A stretch of DNA of 64,000 nt from Balanoglossus misakiensis (taxonomy: Eukaryota; Animalia; Hemichordata), in contig CM082594.2 in the NCBI GenBank assembly GCA_040954595.2, positions 11,164,276 through 11,228,275 of the forward strand. Reading direction: 5' to 3'. Both the position numbers and the translations under genes were made by a program. This document shows, one piece after another, positions 37,491 to 50,019 of the stretch (position 1 is the stretch's first letter; every line of letters begins with the position of its first letter). The notes beneath the pieces are model-generated. The model saw only the letters and a program-made list of their open reading frames with translations, was not told the origin of the DNA and did no database searches.

Positions 37491-40113
37491 GACACATACA
37501 TGGTACAAGATTACTTTTTGTATTACTTACATCCTGCAGTTGTGTCTGTGCATGGACGGAGGCGTCCGTTGAGGTTTGGTATAGTAGCCTCATGGCAACC
37601 ACATTCTGTGATCAGACTTTGTTGGTAGCAAGTCTTCAAACATGCCTAAATGATCATAACATTATCACTCCATTATTTCAATTAAGAAACAAATAAATAT
37701 GATCTATGAAAAGATGAACTGATAGAATAAAAAATAAAAATATCTAAAATATTATATTATGCCTTGATGATGTGCTTCATGTTATGTGCAAATATACTAA
37801 AATTATTTTTTGTGTGCTCTCACCTCAACTGAATAGTTGTATCCTTCATAAACAAGCTGGACTTCCTCGGAGTTGGACTTCAGGCAGTTACTGTACAATC
37901 CACCTATACGATTGACTTGTGACTGTAAAATATGGAATGTAAACATAAAATGCACAAAGTGTGTAATAAATTAGTGCATGATAATTTTGTGTAATTTACA
38001 ACTATGTTCCATGTTCTGAACTGTTGCAACATCATTAATATGGTATAGCGCCCTCTATAACATCATAGTAATATCCCTCAGTAATACATAGCCTCACTTT
38101 GGCTTCCGCCATCTTGAGAGCTGTTTCTTTTCTCATCTAATTTACATCATCAGTCCCGATTCCCTTTCAAAACTATCCGTTCCCTGGTTTAGTCGTCAAT
38201 ACTTACAAAACGGACACCAATCGATGTAGAGAAACCGGGCGTTACTTCCAGACCTTGTTCTTCTGGAAATGGGACAACATCACTCGGGTGGATCAAAACG
38301 ACTGCTCCAGCATTTTCAGTGAATTCTTTCAAATATTCATACTGTTCAATGAAGAGAGTTAACCGCAGACCTGCATTAAAGCAAACAAAGAACCATCATT
38401 GGTTCAACAGATCACTGAATTATCATCACTCGCACTATTGAATATTTATCTGACTACACATGTCGTAACACATTGTGCCATTGGACGGCAAAGTTGTTTT
38501 TTTGCTGCAACGCATCGCTACGCATGGCACAAGTCTATATAAAAATAGCGCCCCCAAGAGATACTTTGACGAAATTGCTAAATTACAATACTGGCACATG
38601 CGCAGTGCCACTCCAAACCTTCGCAGTCACTGTGACATTTGGAATGTTTGAACGCATTTTCATAACATAATTTGAATGTAAATTCTCCATAAATAAAACC
38701 GTTCGAGGATGAAAGTTATCGACAACATCGCTAAGTACTTTACGAAATTAAAAGCTCACTGAAACATTACGTTGGTGCCTCTAGAATGTCATAAGAGTTT
38801 AGCCTAAAATAGCCACGTACCTGTTGATGGACCTGGTCTCGTTGTGTATAATGTCTTGTTTTCTGCAGAGTTGAATGTATAACAATTGCCATACTTTGGA
38901 TTCAACACAAGACTAAAATTTCTGTAAAAAATAACAATTATAAAACATAGATTAATACGAATGATTGGTTGCGTTACCCTCTGTGGGTCTTCAAAAATGA
39001 ATTGCGTCAGACTGAGCCAATATTTATCCAATGTTTTTTTGACGAATGTTTCCAACTTACTTTGGGGAACACCTCATGCCATTAAAGGTGCACTCCTGTA
39101 TCAGATCCTCTTTTTGATGGCCAACTTTAGCTCTGGTTTCCTCCGGTAATCGCGACATGATGTTTGATAGATTGGCTTCATGAACATAGTCGTCAACATA
39201 GTCATCATACATATTCATATCATCACTATCCTGTGGCGATTCGGCATCCTGCAAAATATTTACCGATACTTTTTTTTACCTCTGGTTAGATCTGCAGGTA
39301 TCACTACTTGTGCACAAAAACGCATACAAGGGAATTTACTGGGAATTCGTAATATAAACTGTATTGAATTTCAGATAGTAATATTCAAGTAAAAGAAAAA
39401 TAACGGATTGAACTGATGATGGTAAAGTCACGTACCGATAGATCAATATATTTTGCCAAAAATATGCGCCACTGACCAAATTCAATTTCTTGTTGTTTCA
39501 ATTAATCTGCCTTTTCCAAACTACTAGTATATCAGACAGATTATACTGTTCCCTATGGGAAAACACCATTTTGAAAGTTCGGAGCAACATGTAAAATAAA
39601 TTGAAAGTTAGCACTCACCTCAGTTTCCCCCTCGCCGCCATTCGATGTGGCTCCTTCACTATCGGCATTCGTCTCATTTCCCGACGTGGATTCGGAGGAT
39701 GGGTCATCAAAGTCTAAGAATCCCAGATCGTCCTGGAACTCGGGACCTATCTGGTCTAACTGGGACTGCCTCAGCGGGTTCATGTTACATACCGTCACCG
39801 CAGGAAACGATAATTCTCTGAAATCCACTGTAATATCATAGGCCACGTTATAAGAGTAGTACTTTTGGATGAAATCAATTGCCTGCCAGATGAAGACACC
39901 CCAACAGAGACAACAGATGACAACCCAGACCAGTTTCCCGAGTGTGCTGTCGGTCGATACAACTCGCGAGAAGCCGTGCGCTGTTGTGTTGGAGCCGAAC
40001 TCATGGACTGTTTTCTTGAAACGCCGAGTGGGTTTCTTCTGTCTTCCCACTTCGTTGTCTGCATCTTTTCTAGTTGTGTCTTCTATTTCCATATCCATGA
40101 CTGCGTTTCTCAT
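36160..40113 (-). CDS. DEG/ENaC/ASIC-family amiloride-sensitive sodium channel subunit, ~521 aa, 10 coding exons
   Basis: Exons (minus): 40113-39619 (NTTAHG gating motif, TM1, FPAVTVCNMNP), 39248-39061 (GHQKEDLIQECTFNG), 38921-38821 (YGNCYTFN), 38370-38207 (GLRLTLFIEQYEY..IHP...PFPEEQG), 37922-37824, 37645-37531 (CLKTCYQQ..ECGC), 37171-37093 (C..CHQPC), 36885-36754 (SVWP), 36655-36580 (LKIFFSELNF), 36276-36160 (LLSNLGGLMGLYIGASVISLFEF, TM2 with GAS filter; TGA). Total 1566 nt, all phases consistent. Confidence 0.94.
37359..37488. repeat. (CA)n microsatellite in a channel intron
   Basis: About 130 bp of CA repeat with a few GA/AA interruptions. Confidence 0.98.
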
Positions 40114-42501
40114 TCTACAGTAGCAACATCAGTGAAGTGTCGTTGGTGGGCTGAAAAGATCAAATGATTCGATAGAAAATTGTAAACCGTTGGTTAATTA
40201 CTGTTGCTATTGGAAATCGGTTTCAATGACGCTTAAATTATGGTGATACATGACCCTAATATGTAAAAATAAACCTCACCGTAACTTTCTTGTGCCTTTG
40301 AGTAGAAATATACCAAAACAGGTTTTGAAATTTGCAAACTCTTATTCTCCGTATTACTCCGACAACGCTACTTGTTATACTGTGAAAAGTGTCAAATTGT
40401 CACTGATTAATAATTTGCATTTCCCTGGTCATTAGAGAGAATGCCGTTTCTAATAAATGTAATGTTTGAACGCCTTTTTAATCATGTTAATTGAACGCTG
40501 ACTATGGCATGGTCTGATGACGTGTCCTTGTGCAATGAATTTTAATGTATATTACTACTCCCCCACGTTCCCCGGGTCCCCTACCAATGAGTAATGATAT
40601 CATTATTGTTAATATTAAACTGCTCTAATGTTACAGATAGTTTACTTTCTGTTAAGCTCGTGGACCGGACTCGGAGATAAAGAAATTAAGCGCTGTAGTA
40701 GAAATCTCTATAATGATAAATAATACATAACCTTAATTGCAAATTATCAGGGTAAATATCAAATTTGCCAAATGAAATTAATATTTCAGTCAATGATTAA
40801 TGGTGGTATACACCTGCGATCATAAGCCATGCATAAAAACTGCAAGAGAGTTGTGTGTGTTGGTGAGTGAAAGAATACTCTCCGCACAGAGATTGTAGCT
40901 AACCTAGCTAGGGGGTCCGATTGTCCGTACCACCAAGGTTAGAATTATCCCTCCGTACGGAGTATGAGAATTTACAGACAATAAAAAATTGGTAATGCTG
41001 GCGTATCTGTCGGTTCAGTTTCTCTTTCGACACTATTCAGATTTCTCAAGTGTTAACGTCACACTGTAAACTACGTATAATTTGTTTTCATAAGGTTACA
41101 AGCTGCCCTAAAATATGTACTATTAACTGAATTGGAATTATTTCATGTTTGAAAAGTGTAACTACACTTTTCGAAAAAGATCATTTTTGAGATCTTTGGC
41201 ACAACTAGAAACATGATATGTAGGCCTAAGTTTGAGAAACCTCGTCAATATTATAAAAAGCAACGAAATCAAGAAATATTTATATTATACACTGCCGAAC
41301 ATCTTTCAAGGCTAAAGACCTGAACATGCATAAAATGCCCCTTTTAATGTATTCGCACACGTGATGTAATCTGCTTAATTGCATATTTCATTAAATTTTG
41401 TAATTTGCTAATATATAGTTACGAAATTACTCTACTTACTTTGATGCAACGAGGCAAAGAATTTAGCATGTAAAGTGCGATTTGCATTAGATTGTCATAT
41501 ATGAGGGTAAGCAAAGAGTAGACAAGTTCTAATTTTGTAACAACAGACTGCATATTTGCTAAGTCTGAATACTAAACATGTCTCCTTACTACAACAAGCA
41601 ACAACGAAACTCTCTGTCATCAACGAATACCATGTCTAAAACTTCGGCCCACCTACCTAAATTACCCTTCAACTGGTAGCACCAAGAGTTATTTGCCAAT
41701 ATTTCGAAGAACTTCACAGACTTCGGTCAGCAAAGTACATGTACTAGCATCATACAGGTTCTGGTCTCAATATTCATGAAATGTATACATGTCATTGTGA
41801 AAAAGGTCACGAACATGTAAACTTACGTGTTATTACTAGTATATCATTGAAACCTTTCAACCAATCAGTTAAGAATAACACCACCAATCATAATTAGATG
41901 CATGCATAATTAATTAAACGCTTGAGTGAATGCCCATCGAATCTCCAACACAAATAAATGTCAATACATGATTGAGGTTGATTTTGATATGAATCATTTG
42001 ATCATAAATGAAGACAAAATATAACAATGTATACAATGACAACATAATGAAAGAATGTGTTACAAAGATATGCATGAATGACCAAGACTGAATGATGAGG
42101 GTCGTGAAGATAGTTTGACAGAAGTACCTGGAGCTGTTTCAATAATCTATATTCATCATGTTGACAGTGGGCTATTGGCCTCATGAATAATTCGCCCATT
42201 AAATATGTCAATGACTCTTTGAGTTTTATTATTTATATAGCTACTTCTAGAGGGCCCGAATCAACTTTCTCGCTTCATTTTTGAAATTAGTAGTCATCCA
42301 TCATCTTTGCATCATGTTACCCATGACGCTTTGCATCATCCCCACATTCATGGTTTTGGCCAGTTGTCTTTGATTTCAGGAATATTTCACATTTTGAAGG
42401 CAATCTGTAACAAAAATACATTCTGTATCACGAATATGTTCGGGTCAGCTCCTGTAGAGTGACTGGGAAAAACAGAACAAAAGATTCATTTACAAAACAA
42501 A

Positions 42502-42507
42502 TTTATT
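42502..42507 (-). terminator. Candidate polyadenylation signal for ACBD5
   Basis: AATAAA on the minus strand ~820 nt downstream of the stop codon, followed by U/GU-rich sequence. Confidence 0.35.
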
Positions 42508-43320
42508 AGTTTTTCAGAGACATATTCGAATATACAATGAAACCTGTCTAAACTGGTGTCTGGTGTAAACAGAAAAGAATCAGTTCTTCCAAGTATAAAA
42601 TTTACTAGACCAAACAAAACTTATTGCACTTGCCATATTTAAGTACTTCCATTTCATATATATTTTTTAAATCAGAGCTTTTTCAAGATTATAAACCAGA
42701 AATTGTAAAAATTTACTCAATTATACACTGCACTGTAAATTGTACAATGTAATGCTATACTTGAGCTCTGACCTTGAAATGAAATTAAGAATATGTACAG
42801 GCATAAAAATCAAATACTAAGCAAGACAGTTCACCACCCCACCCAATGCTATCAGTGTCGTAAAAACAATGCCCAGTAGTTCCTTTCTGATTCAGGTCAA
42901 TTATGGTCCATCCAAAGTCTTCTGTGTCATCCATTTCTTGGATGTACATCATTCTGACCATCCATTCTCCGGAGTTGTGAAGTCACATCGCACGTAAAAT
43001 GTCTCTGTGCTGTGAATATTTCCCAGTTATCTGTTGACATCACAAAGGGCTGAAAGAGAACTCCACTGGAGTCAAAATCGCCGTGCCCTGTCAGATCCAG
43101 TATTAACACTGACATTTCTCTGACCACACAGAGTGTGCGTGTCCATAGTTTCACCGAGAATAACAGGCAGTGGTCATCTTCAGTTTTTATATCAAAATCA
43201 CTTCTCATAGATCAGTGATTGAATGAGATCTGATTTCTTGCAAGTCCTCATCCACTCAGAGCATCATTAGTTTCTCGGAATTGCATTCTAGAAAAAAGAG
43301 ATTGTTTTATGATCACAGCG

Positions 43321-46300
43321 CTACCGTCTCCTTCTCCTCTTTGCCAGAAGTTGTATGACACCATTGACGATGAAAGGCCACACAAGAATGAAGAAGACAC
43401 TTTTTCCAGAAAGATTAGAGAACGGCCACCATGAGGGCTGCTCTCTGTTGGTCGGGTAGTGGCTTGGTGACCACATGCCGCTTGGTTGACTCTCCGCCTG
43501 TGAAAGAAATCAAAATGTCAGGAGGGGGAGGGGTCATAGTGACTTATGTGGTGCTGTGTAAGCAGTCATTTTTTTCTCAGGGTTAACAGTATACGTATAT
43601 AGACTGACCACAAGGGTAACAGCATACAGCTGTCACCCCAAACAGATAATGGGCCTTTTGCACTCCATGTGACAGTGATTCAACCAATCACAACATAGGT
43701 GAGATGTGTGACCAAAGTTACCAGTCACACACACACAGCAAGATGTTGTATGAAGTTTTCACTTACCTGATGTCTCAGTGAGAGTGTTTCTAACGTATTC
43801 AGTCGTATCAACACACTATTCATGTCCTGCTGTAATCTCTCCAAGGCGATCGCTATCTGCTCTGTAACATCTCCTCGTGGTGGCGAGTTCTGTCTCCTGC
43901 CATGACCACCACCTCCTCCTCCTCCACTACCTCCAGGTGCCCTCAATGAACTCCGCATTGGTGTTCTGTGAGCTTCGTCTGTGTAAACAAGTGAATATCA
44001 TTTCAATTGAAGCTTTTTAACGAGGTTAAGATATATACTTTGGTGTGAAGCATGAAAGGGTTTTGGCAAAGTCCACAAGACAAATAAAAGTTTCTGCAAG
44101 ATACATACCTCTGCTAGCACCTCTAGAAGAGAGATGGCCTGCAGCGCCCCCACTTGACCGACCACTCCCTCGACTCCCTCCCTGACCGCTGTCACTATCG
44201 CCACCACCTCGTACAATGACCGCCTCCGACGACGACACCAGATTTCCAGCTGTGTCTCCATTGACTTCCGGGGTCTGGAATGTCACTCGGGGCTTCGGCA
44301 CATGCACCTCTGCCTGTACAGTGAAACTGTTTTTACTCGGTGCTGATGTGGCAGGGCTGTTAGCAATGGGTTTAGATGGTACGAGCAAGGGAATCTGAAA
44401 ATGACATGTGCCCACCAATGAGAACACAGAAAATATAAAGCACTTGGTTAAATGCACATGCTTGTTTCAATTACATAGCCATGCTTACAGCTTAACAACC
44501 AATTGGACACACTTGCATTGTGACGTACCATGGCAAGTCCAGATTTGCAATGTAGCATGTTATTGGTGATCCATGTAGCAGCATATTTAATTTGCCTTTT
44601 TTAAAGATGTTAGATGTTGAGAGAAACTAACAGGGTGTATTCACACATAGGCAATACAGACTATGACGATCTGGAATGGGAAACCAAGCTCTTTTGTTAA
44701 TGGACAGTTACCTACCTCTGAATCATCTTCTTCTGTTGATTGTTTTTCCATGGAATCACAGAATATCTCATCGCCGCTGTCTGTGTCGCTTGTAATGGAC
44801 GGAGGGGACAGGTGTGGAAGATGTCCTCCATTCATATCTCCGTTACCGTTTACATCTGCTTTGACGCGCACAAAACCATTGTCTGGTGGCAGAGTAGAGA
44901 AACATGTTGACATTCATATAATTCACAAGAGACAAGTACTTACATGTTTGGAAAGCATGAGTTATGATACGATGTGACCAACAGGTCTGACTAAACATCA
45001 TTCACACTGAAATATCATACGTTCCACTTACCCTCTTCACTCTCACTGGACTCCTTCCTGTCCCCTTTGATTGGAATTGTCAATTTTTCTGCAGTCGTTT
45101 TGACTTCCACAACAAATGCTTTGTTGTCTGTCGACACCACTGTTTCAGGGACGACAACAGCGCCCCCTATAGGCACATCTTCAGTCCTGGTTTCTGCCTC
45201 CACATCTCTATCTGCATTGTCTTCCTCATAATATACATGGTCTCCTCCCTCATCTCTTTCATCGTTTGCAGCTTGCTCTTCTTCCTCTTCATCTTCTTCA
45301 AGAAATTCATCTTCTTCCTCCTCTTCTTCTTCAGAAAGAGATTCTTCTACTGGTAAATAAAAATCAGAAACAAGTATGTAGATTACACTAGCCGTGTGTA
45401 TTTTTCCAGAATGTTAATGGAACACACACACTAAAATATATGAAAGTTATGTTGGTAAGAAAATTGAAACTATGCACGTACCTTTTTCTACGTCCACGTC
45501 TTCTTTTTCCACGGCAGACTCAGAAGCTGGTGGAATACCAATTGGATGGCTATCATTCACATCTCCGTTTGGAAGTCTGAGATGTTCTTCGTCATTGTCC
45601 ATGTCATTCTCATCATCCTCTTCAGTCACAGCTTCGAAGAACGGTCCCAGGTACTGGACGAATTTGGACACTTCTGGTGTGTGTGGCATCGTTTCCACAA
45701 TCTGCAAAGAATAAAATATCTGTAAGTTCACACTGCAGAAAGATATGCCAGGTCGGTTTGATTTGATCCGGAGAAGACCACACTAACGAGGTGTCCTGAT
45801 TAGAGAGGTGTCTATAATGACAGGTTTCACAGTAGCAGTAATAACAGACACTCGTGCAGTTATGGGATGTCAAGGTGTCCATCACAAAATGGAATCTCCC
45901 TGGATTTATATGAATCATGGGGTACAGGAGATATTTGCTGATTTGTGGGAAATGGATCCTACGTGTAATCACATACATGTACATGTACCTGTGTCCAGTC
46001 CTTGGAGGGTTAACATGAACAATTAAGATATACAATGAACTACCAGGGCCCACACAGCAGTATGAATTTCAACCACATGGAAAGTGTACAAAATATATCT
46101 GAATATTGTGATTCCCATGATGAATATGGTGATATCAAGAACTGTACCAGACTAAGTACAAGTTACTTTGTCAAGTGTGTATGTTATCTAGACCTTCAGT
46201 TACAATAACCATGATATAAAACAGAAGATGTTACACCGACCCCAGCTCACTACATGACATGACATGACCAGGCATATAATGTTGATTCCACAGAACACAC

Positions 46301-48844
46301 CGATACAGATCTGGATACAAGTCAGGAGCCAATAGAAAACTTCTTTACAAATGTCTGTCCTACCACCCCCGGTGACCTATAGTATCACCCAAGAAAGTAC
46401 ATGTAAGTACACATGTACACCAACAGCATTGCAACGAGAGGGGACCAACAGTCGTTAAGAAATCTTTGTTGCTTTTCCACTGAATAATTACCTCTTTAAT
46501 TTTGGCTGCAGAGGGCTCTGACAAATAAACATGAACCATCTGAAATGCGAAATAAAACGATAAACAAAAGTAAACATGGCATGCCCTCTATTTAAACTGC
46601 AAAAAAATACTAAAGCACTCTTCAGTCAGTTTATCCCAATGTAGTTAGAAACACTCAAAATTTTGTCCATTTAAAAAGAGAATGTTGATTTAAACATTCA
46701 GGGAAGTAAAATCTACTGCAGCAAAAATTCAGCGATGCAAATGGATTGGGTTAGGTACATATCTAAGACACACAGCACACAAAGTCCAGTATTTAGTTTT
46801 ACTTTTTTATATATATTTTACCTCCATCATTTGGCCTGAGCCTGGAAATTTCTCCAACATCTGTCAACAGAAATAGATACTCAGCTATATTTATCCTTTA
46901 TTTTCACTTGATGCAAAAATGGAATCAAGTTTCTAAAAATAGCCATGAGAGCTCACAGTTGACATGGGCTTACAGATTTATTTGTGTTGTTTTGTTTTGC
47001 TTTAATTTTGGTAGAGTGCACTTGTTACCTGTTGAACTTTGGCAGGGTCTGAGTATTTTTGGAAAACCTGTAAAACATCAACCTTGTATTAGAGACAGAT
47101 AACACAAAAAGAAAATGGATGACAAATCAAAATTCACCCACATCTTGTCACAGCATGCATGGTGCAACCTCGATATTTTCAATCAGGTGGTTGGAACCAA
47201 ACGTACTATCTTTCAGAGTAACTGCTGTTGCCACCAAGAACCAATCACAAATCTCGACCTACGTCCTGTGATGTATATTATATCACAAACTGTAAGCAAA
47301 TTACTTAGGATGACTCCCAAGACATTTGTGTACAATGAACACACATCCTCATTTGTTCCAATGAACAACAAAACCGTGTACGTAAATAGACACAGAAATG
47401 TGCATATTCCATCATTATACATGTACATGTATGCATTTATGCCCTCTATTTGTACAACTAAAATAACCTGTAGTTAATAGCCGTTAGTCAGTGTGCATCT
47501 TTTTATTTAACATATTGTGGTTGTAAATACCTTTTTCAATTCATTGATGTAAGATTGCATTGCTTCGACTTTCGACATTTCACCCAGTGTTGACCACGCA
47601 TCCCTGGAAACGAGAAATACATTGTGTCACACTTCTTTTTTTCTGATATCATCAATCAAAACTGGCAATCTTTTTCACATGGTCAAAATCAGCGCTTTGA
47701 AATATACCAATACTGATATGATATACCACATTAACAGTCCCATATCTTCTAGGGTCACATGTGTTATACCATAGACAGTATAGGGTATGTATGTAGTTTG
47801 TACTCACCATTTCTGTCTGCCTACCACATCCCAGAAGGCAGGCTTGGGTTTGCTGCATGGACCTTCTGTGGCTTGCTTGTAGAGGCCATAGAACCGTTTC
47901 ATCATTTCGTAGGATGGCTGGAACGGGCCTGTCAGAATCATTTTACGTTTAGCTAGTGTCAGTAAATCCCATCAAAACCAAAGTGGAAGAGAGACGTGCA
48001 GAGCACACACAGTGTAACATCAAGCCATGCAACAGAGAAATCCAGGCAAAGAAAAAAAAAAGAGGAAACAAAGAAAAAAATAGGGTGTATGTTGGCAGAT
48101 AATGCAAGAGTGAAAGTTGCAGAGAAGTTAGGGACTGGTCAGTTTCTTCTGCCAGGGGTGGATTCAAATTGGGTGATGGGACGTGACCCCACCCCCTAAG
48201 AAACTGATCAGTCCCTTAGCAAACATTAGAGCAGATAGAGGGAGGGCCTAAGACCTATGGCAATTATTTGCTGCATATTATGCGTTGCTTGTGTTAGTAG
48301 ATTGAGATCTCAACTTGGTATCACATTGACAACAATTGTGGAATGCTGTATCCTTTGAAAGTTCACTGACACGAACACTTGGACTTTGGCTGATGAGGCC
48401 AGGGACATGTGCATGTCAACCTGTATGGTACCCATTGCAAAGTTCAAAGGTCAACACTAGCATGAACCTTCAGGTGAACAAATGCAGTATTCACTTAAAA
48501 TCAAGACATCTTACGCCTCGTTCGCGTGTTTTGGCAGTTGATACTGAATGGTACACTCACACACAGAGTTGTCAACGGGAGTTTGGGAAGCCCTGACCCA
48601 GGTGCGCTGACTTGAATGACTCGGGAACCACAATGTTTACACTCTCGACGTGTTTACAACGAAATGAAATCTACAAATAAGGAATGTGTGCGCATCATAA
48701 GTCGACCTTTTCAGCGCCGTTACGGTCGCTAAAGAAGGCCAGCATCAGATTTCAACTACGTGTTAAGGGAAACTTACCATTTTTCGGCAGGCATTTAATA
48801 ACATTGACGGCAGCGTCGAACTGCTTCTCCACCTTGGCCGCCAT
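43321..48844 (-). CDS. ACBD5: Acyl-CoA-binding domain protein 5/4-like (ACB domain, FFAT motif, coiled coil, C-terminal tail anchor), ~546 aa core, 9 core exons
   Basis: Exons (minus): 48844-48778 ([23 protein letters not shown]), 47928-47808 ([32 protein letters not shown]), 47603-47531 ([19 protein letters not shown]), 45701-45482 (IVETMP), 45349-45032 (acidic), 44882-44716 ([19 protein letters not shown]5-type FFAT), 44394-44109, 43978-43767 ([25 protein letters not shown]), 43497-43321 ([23 protein letters not shown] stop). Confidence 0.93.
46492..47067 (-). CDS. Three candidate phase-0 micro-exons of ACBD5 (47067-47029, 46860-46822, 46539-46492)
   Basis: Each has a pyrimidine-rich YAG acceptor and a GTAA donor, a length divisible by 3 (39, 39, 48 nt) and no stop: [42 protein letters not shown]. 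They lie in a phase-0 intron. Confidence 0.6.
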
Positions 48845-48932
48845 CTTTACAGACTGTTGTTCACCGAAAGAAAACGTAGAGGGCGCCATACAGCTGGCAA
48901 GAAAACGCCCGAGTTAACGCGCACGCGCACGC
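48836..48932 (-). promoter_or_regulatory. ACBD5 housekeeping-type promoter motifs (NRF1-like and YY1 overlapping the ATG)
   Basis: GCGCACGCGCACGC at 48919-48932; AAGATGGCGGCC on the minus strand spans the start codon; local CpG enrichment. Confidence 0.5.
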
Positions 48933-49957
48933 CACACTTGTCTTGCCACAACCCATTTAATATTGGGAGAGCAGCGTTTTTTTAAACTTTTCTACCCTTG
49001 TGAAGACAGTGGTTCTTTCCCAGTGTTACTTTGAATAAAGGCACATTGTTATTTAAGTTCTGAAACATTGATCAAACTTCACAATCAAACTTAAATGAAG
49101 ATGAACAACCTTCAATCGTTCAGTTATCTGTGACTAGCATGAGTTTCTCTGGCCAGCAGGTTCGCAGTCTGGCTAACGAGATGTATGGAACCAGATTGCG
49201 GACACATAAAACTTGATCGAGGAGACATCAAAGCTTACGAGGGATCCCGATGTGGATCTCCAGGGGACAAAATAACGTGCTTTTAGTCATCTGTACAGAA
49301 AAGAGCTTTGAAGTTTTCAGGCGGCAAGTGCAAGGTGAATGTCAGGGAGATACTATCAAAGACGAAGTTCGAACAATGATCTGAAATTGAATGGTAGCAT
49401 TGAACTTTGTATCCCATTCACTGCCATGTGCATACGATGGTCGAAAGTCGTTATTTGGAAACTGCATGAAGCACCTTCTGCCGCTGTCTGTCTGTCAGTT
49501 TGTCTTTAACTTTTACTTCAGTACGCAAAAGCTCTACATATATACCCTCACTTTGTTTGATTATTATAAATTATACTATCATAACTAAAAAGATTAATAA
49601 GAAAAGAGGAATGGCATTATGTAAAATTTGCACAATACAGCAAAGCTCACGAGGATTGTAGGAAAACAAGTCAGGGATATCCTACGCGAGGATCAAGCGG
49701 CAATTCCTTTCAGCCGGCTCTCCAGCCAACGACTTTATATCGACTGTCGATAGAAACGTTATCGTCAAAGACAGGTTGTTCAGGATAAACCACAGGGAAA
49801 GGTTTTTGGAGGAAGTGAAAGTCCTGAAATCGATGTGGACAGCCAATCAACAAATCATATCGATCTAATTTATTGATTCTCCTGAGAAATTGCCACAGAG
49901 ACCTGTATATACAACATCATGCTTATGAAAATGGAAATTAAAGAGCTAATTTCATTA

Positions 49958-49963
<6 letters not shown>

Positions 49964-50013
<50 letters not shown>
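49964..50013. repeat. (GA)n microsatellite
   Basis: About 25 GA units followed by a GGGA-rich tail. Confidence 0.97.

Positions 50014-50019
<6 letters not shown>

Noticed and set aside
37216-37628. CV/HT-repeat ORFs
   Set aside because: Translation of the (CA)n microsatellite inside a channel intron.
47169-47258. Possible fourth 90-nt in-frame ACBD5 cassette exon (VEICDWFLV...)
   Set aside because: Weak polypyrimidine tract and weak donor (GTTGCA); the stronger nearby acceptor gives a stop codon.
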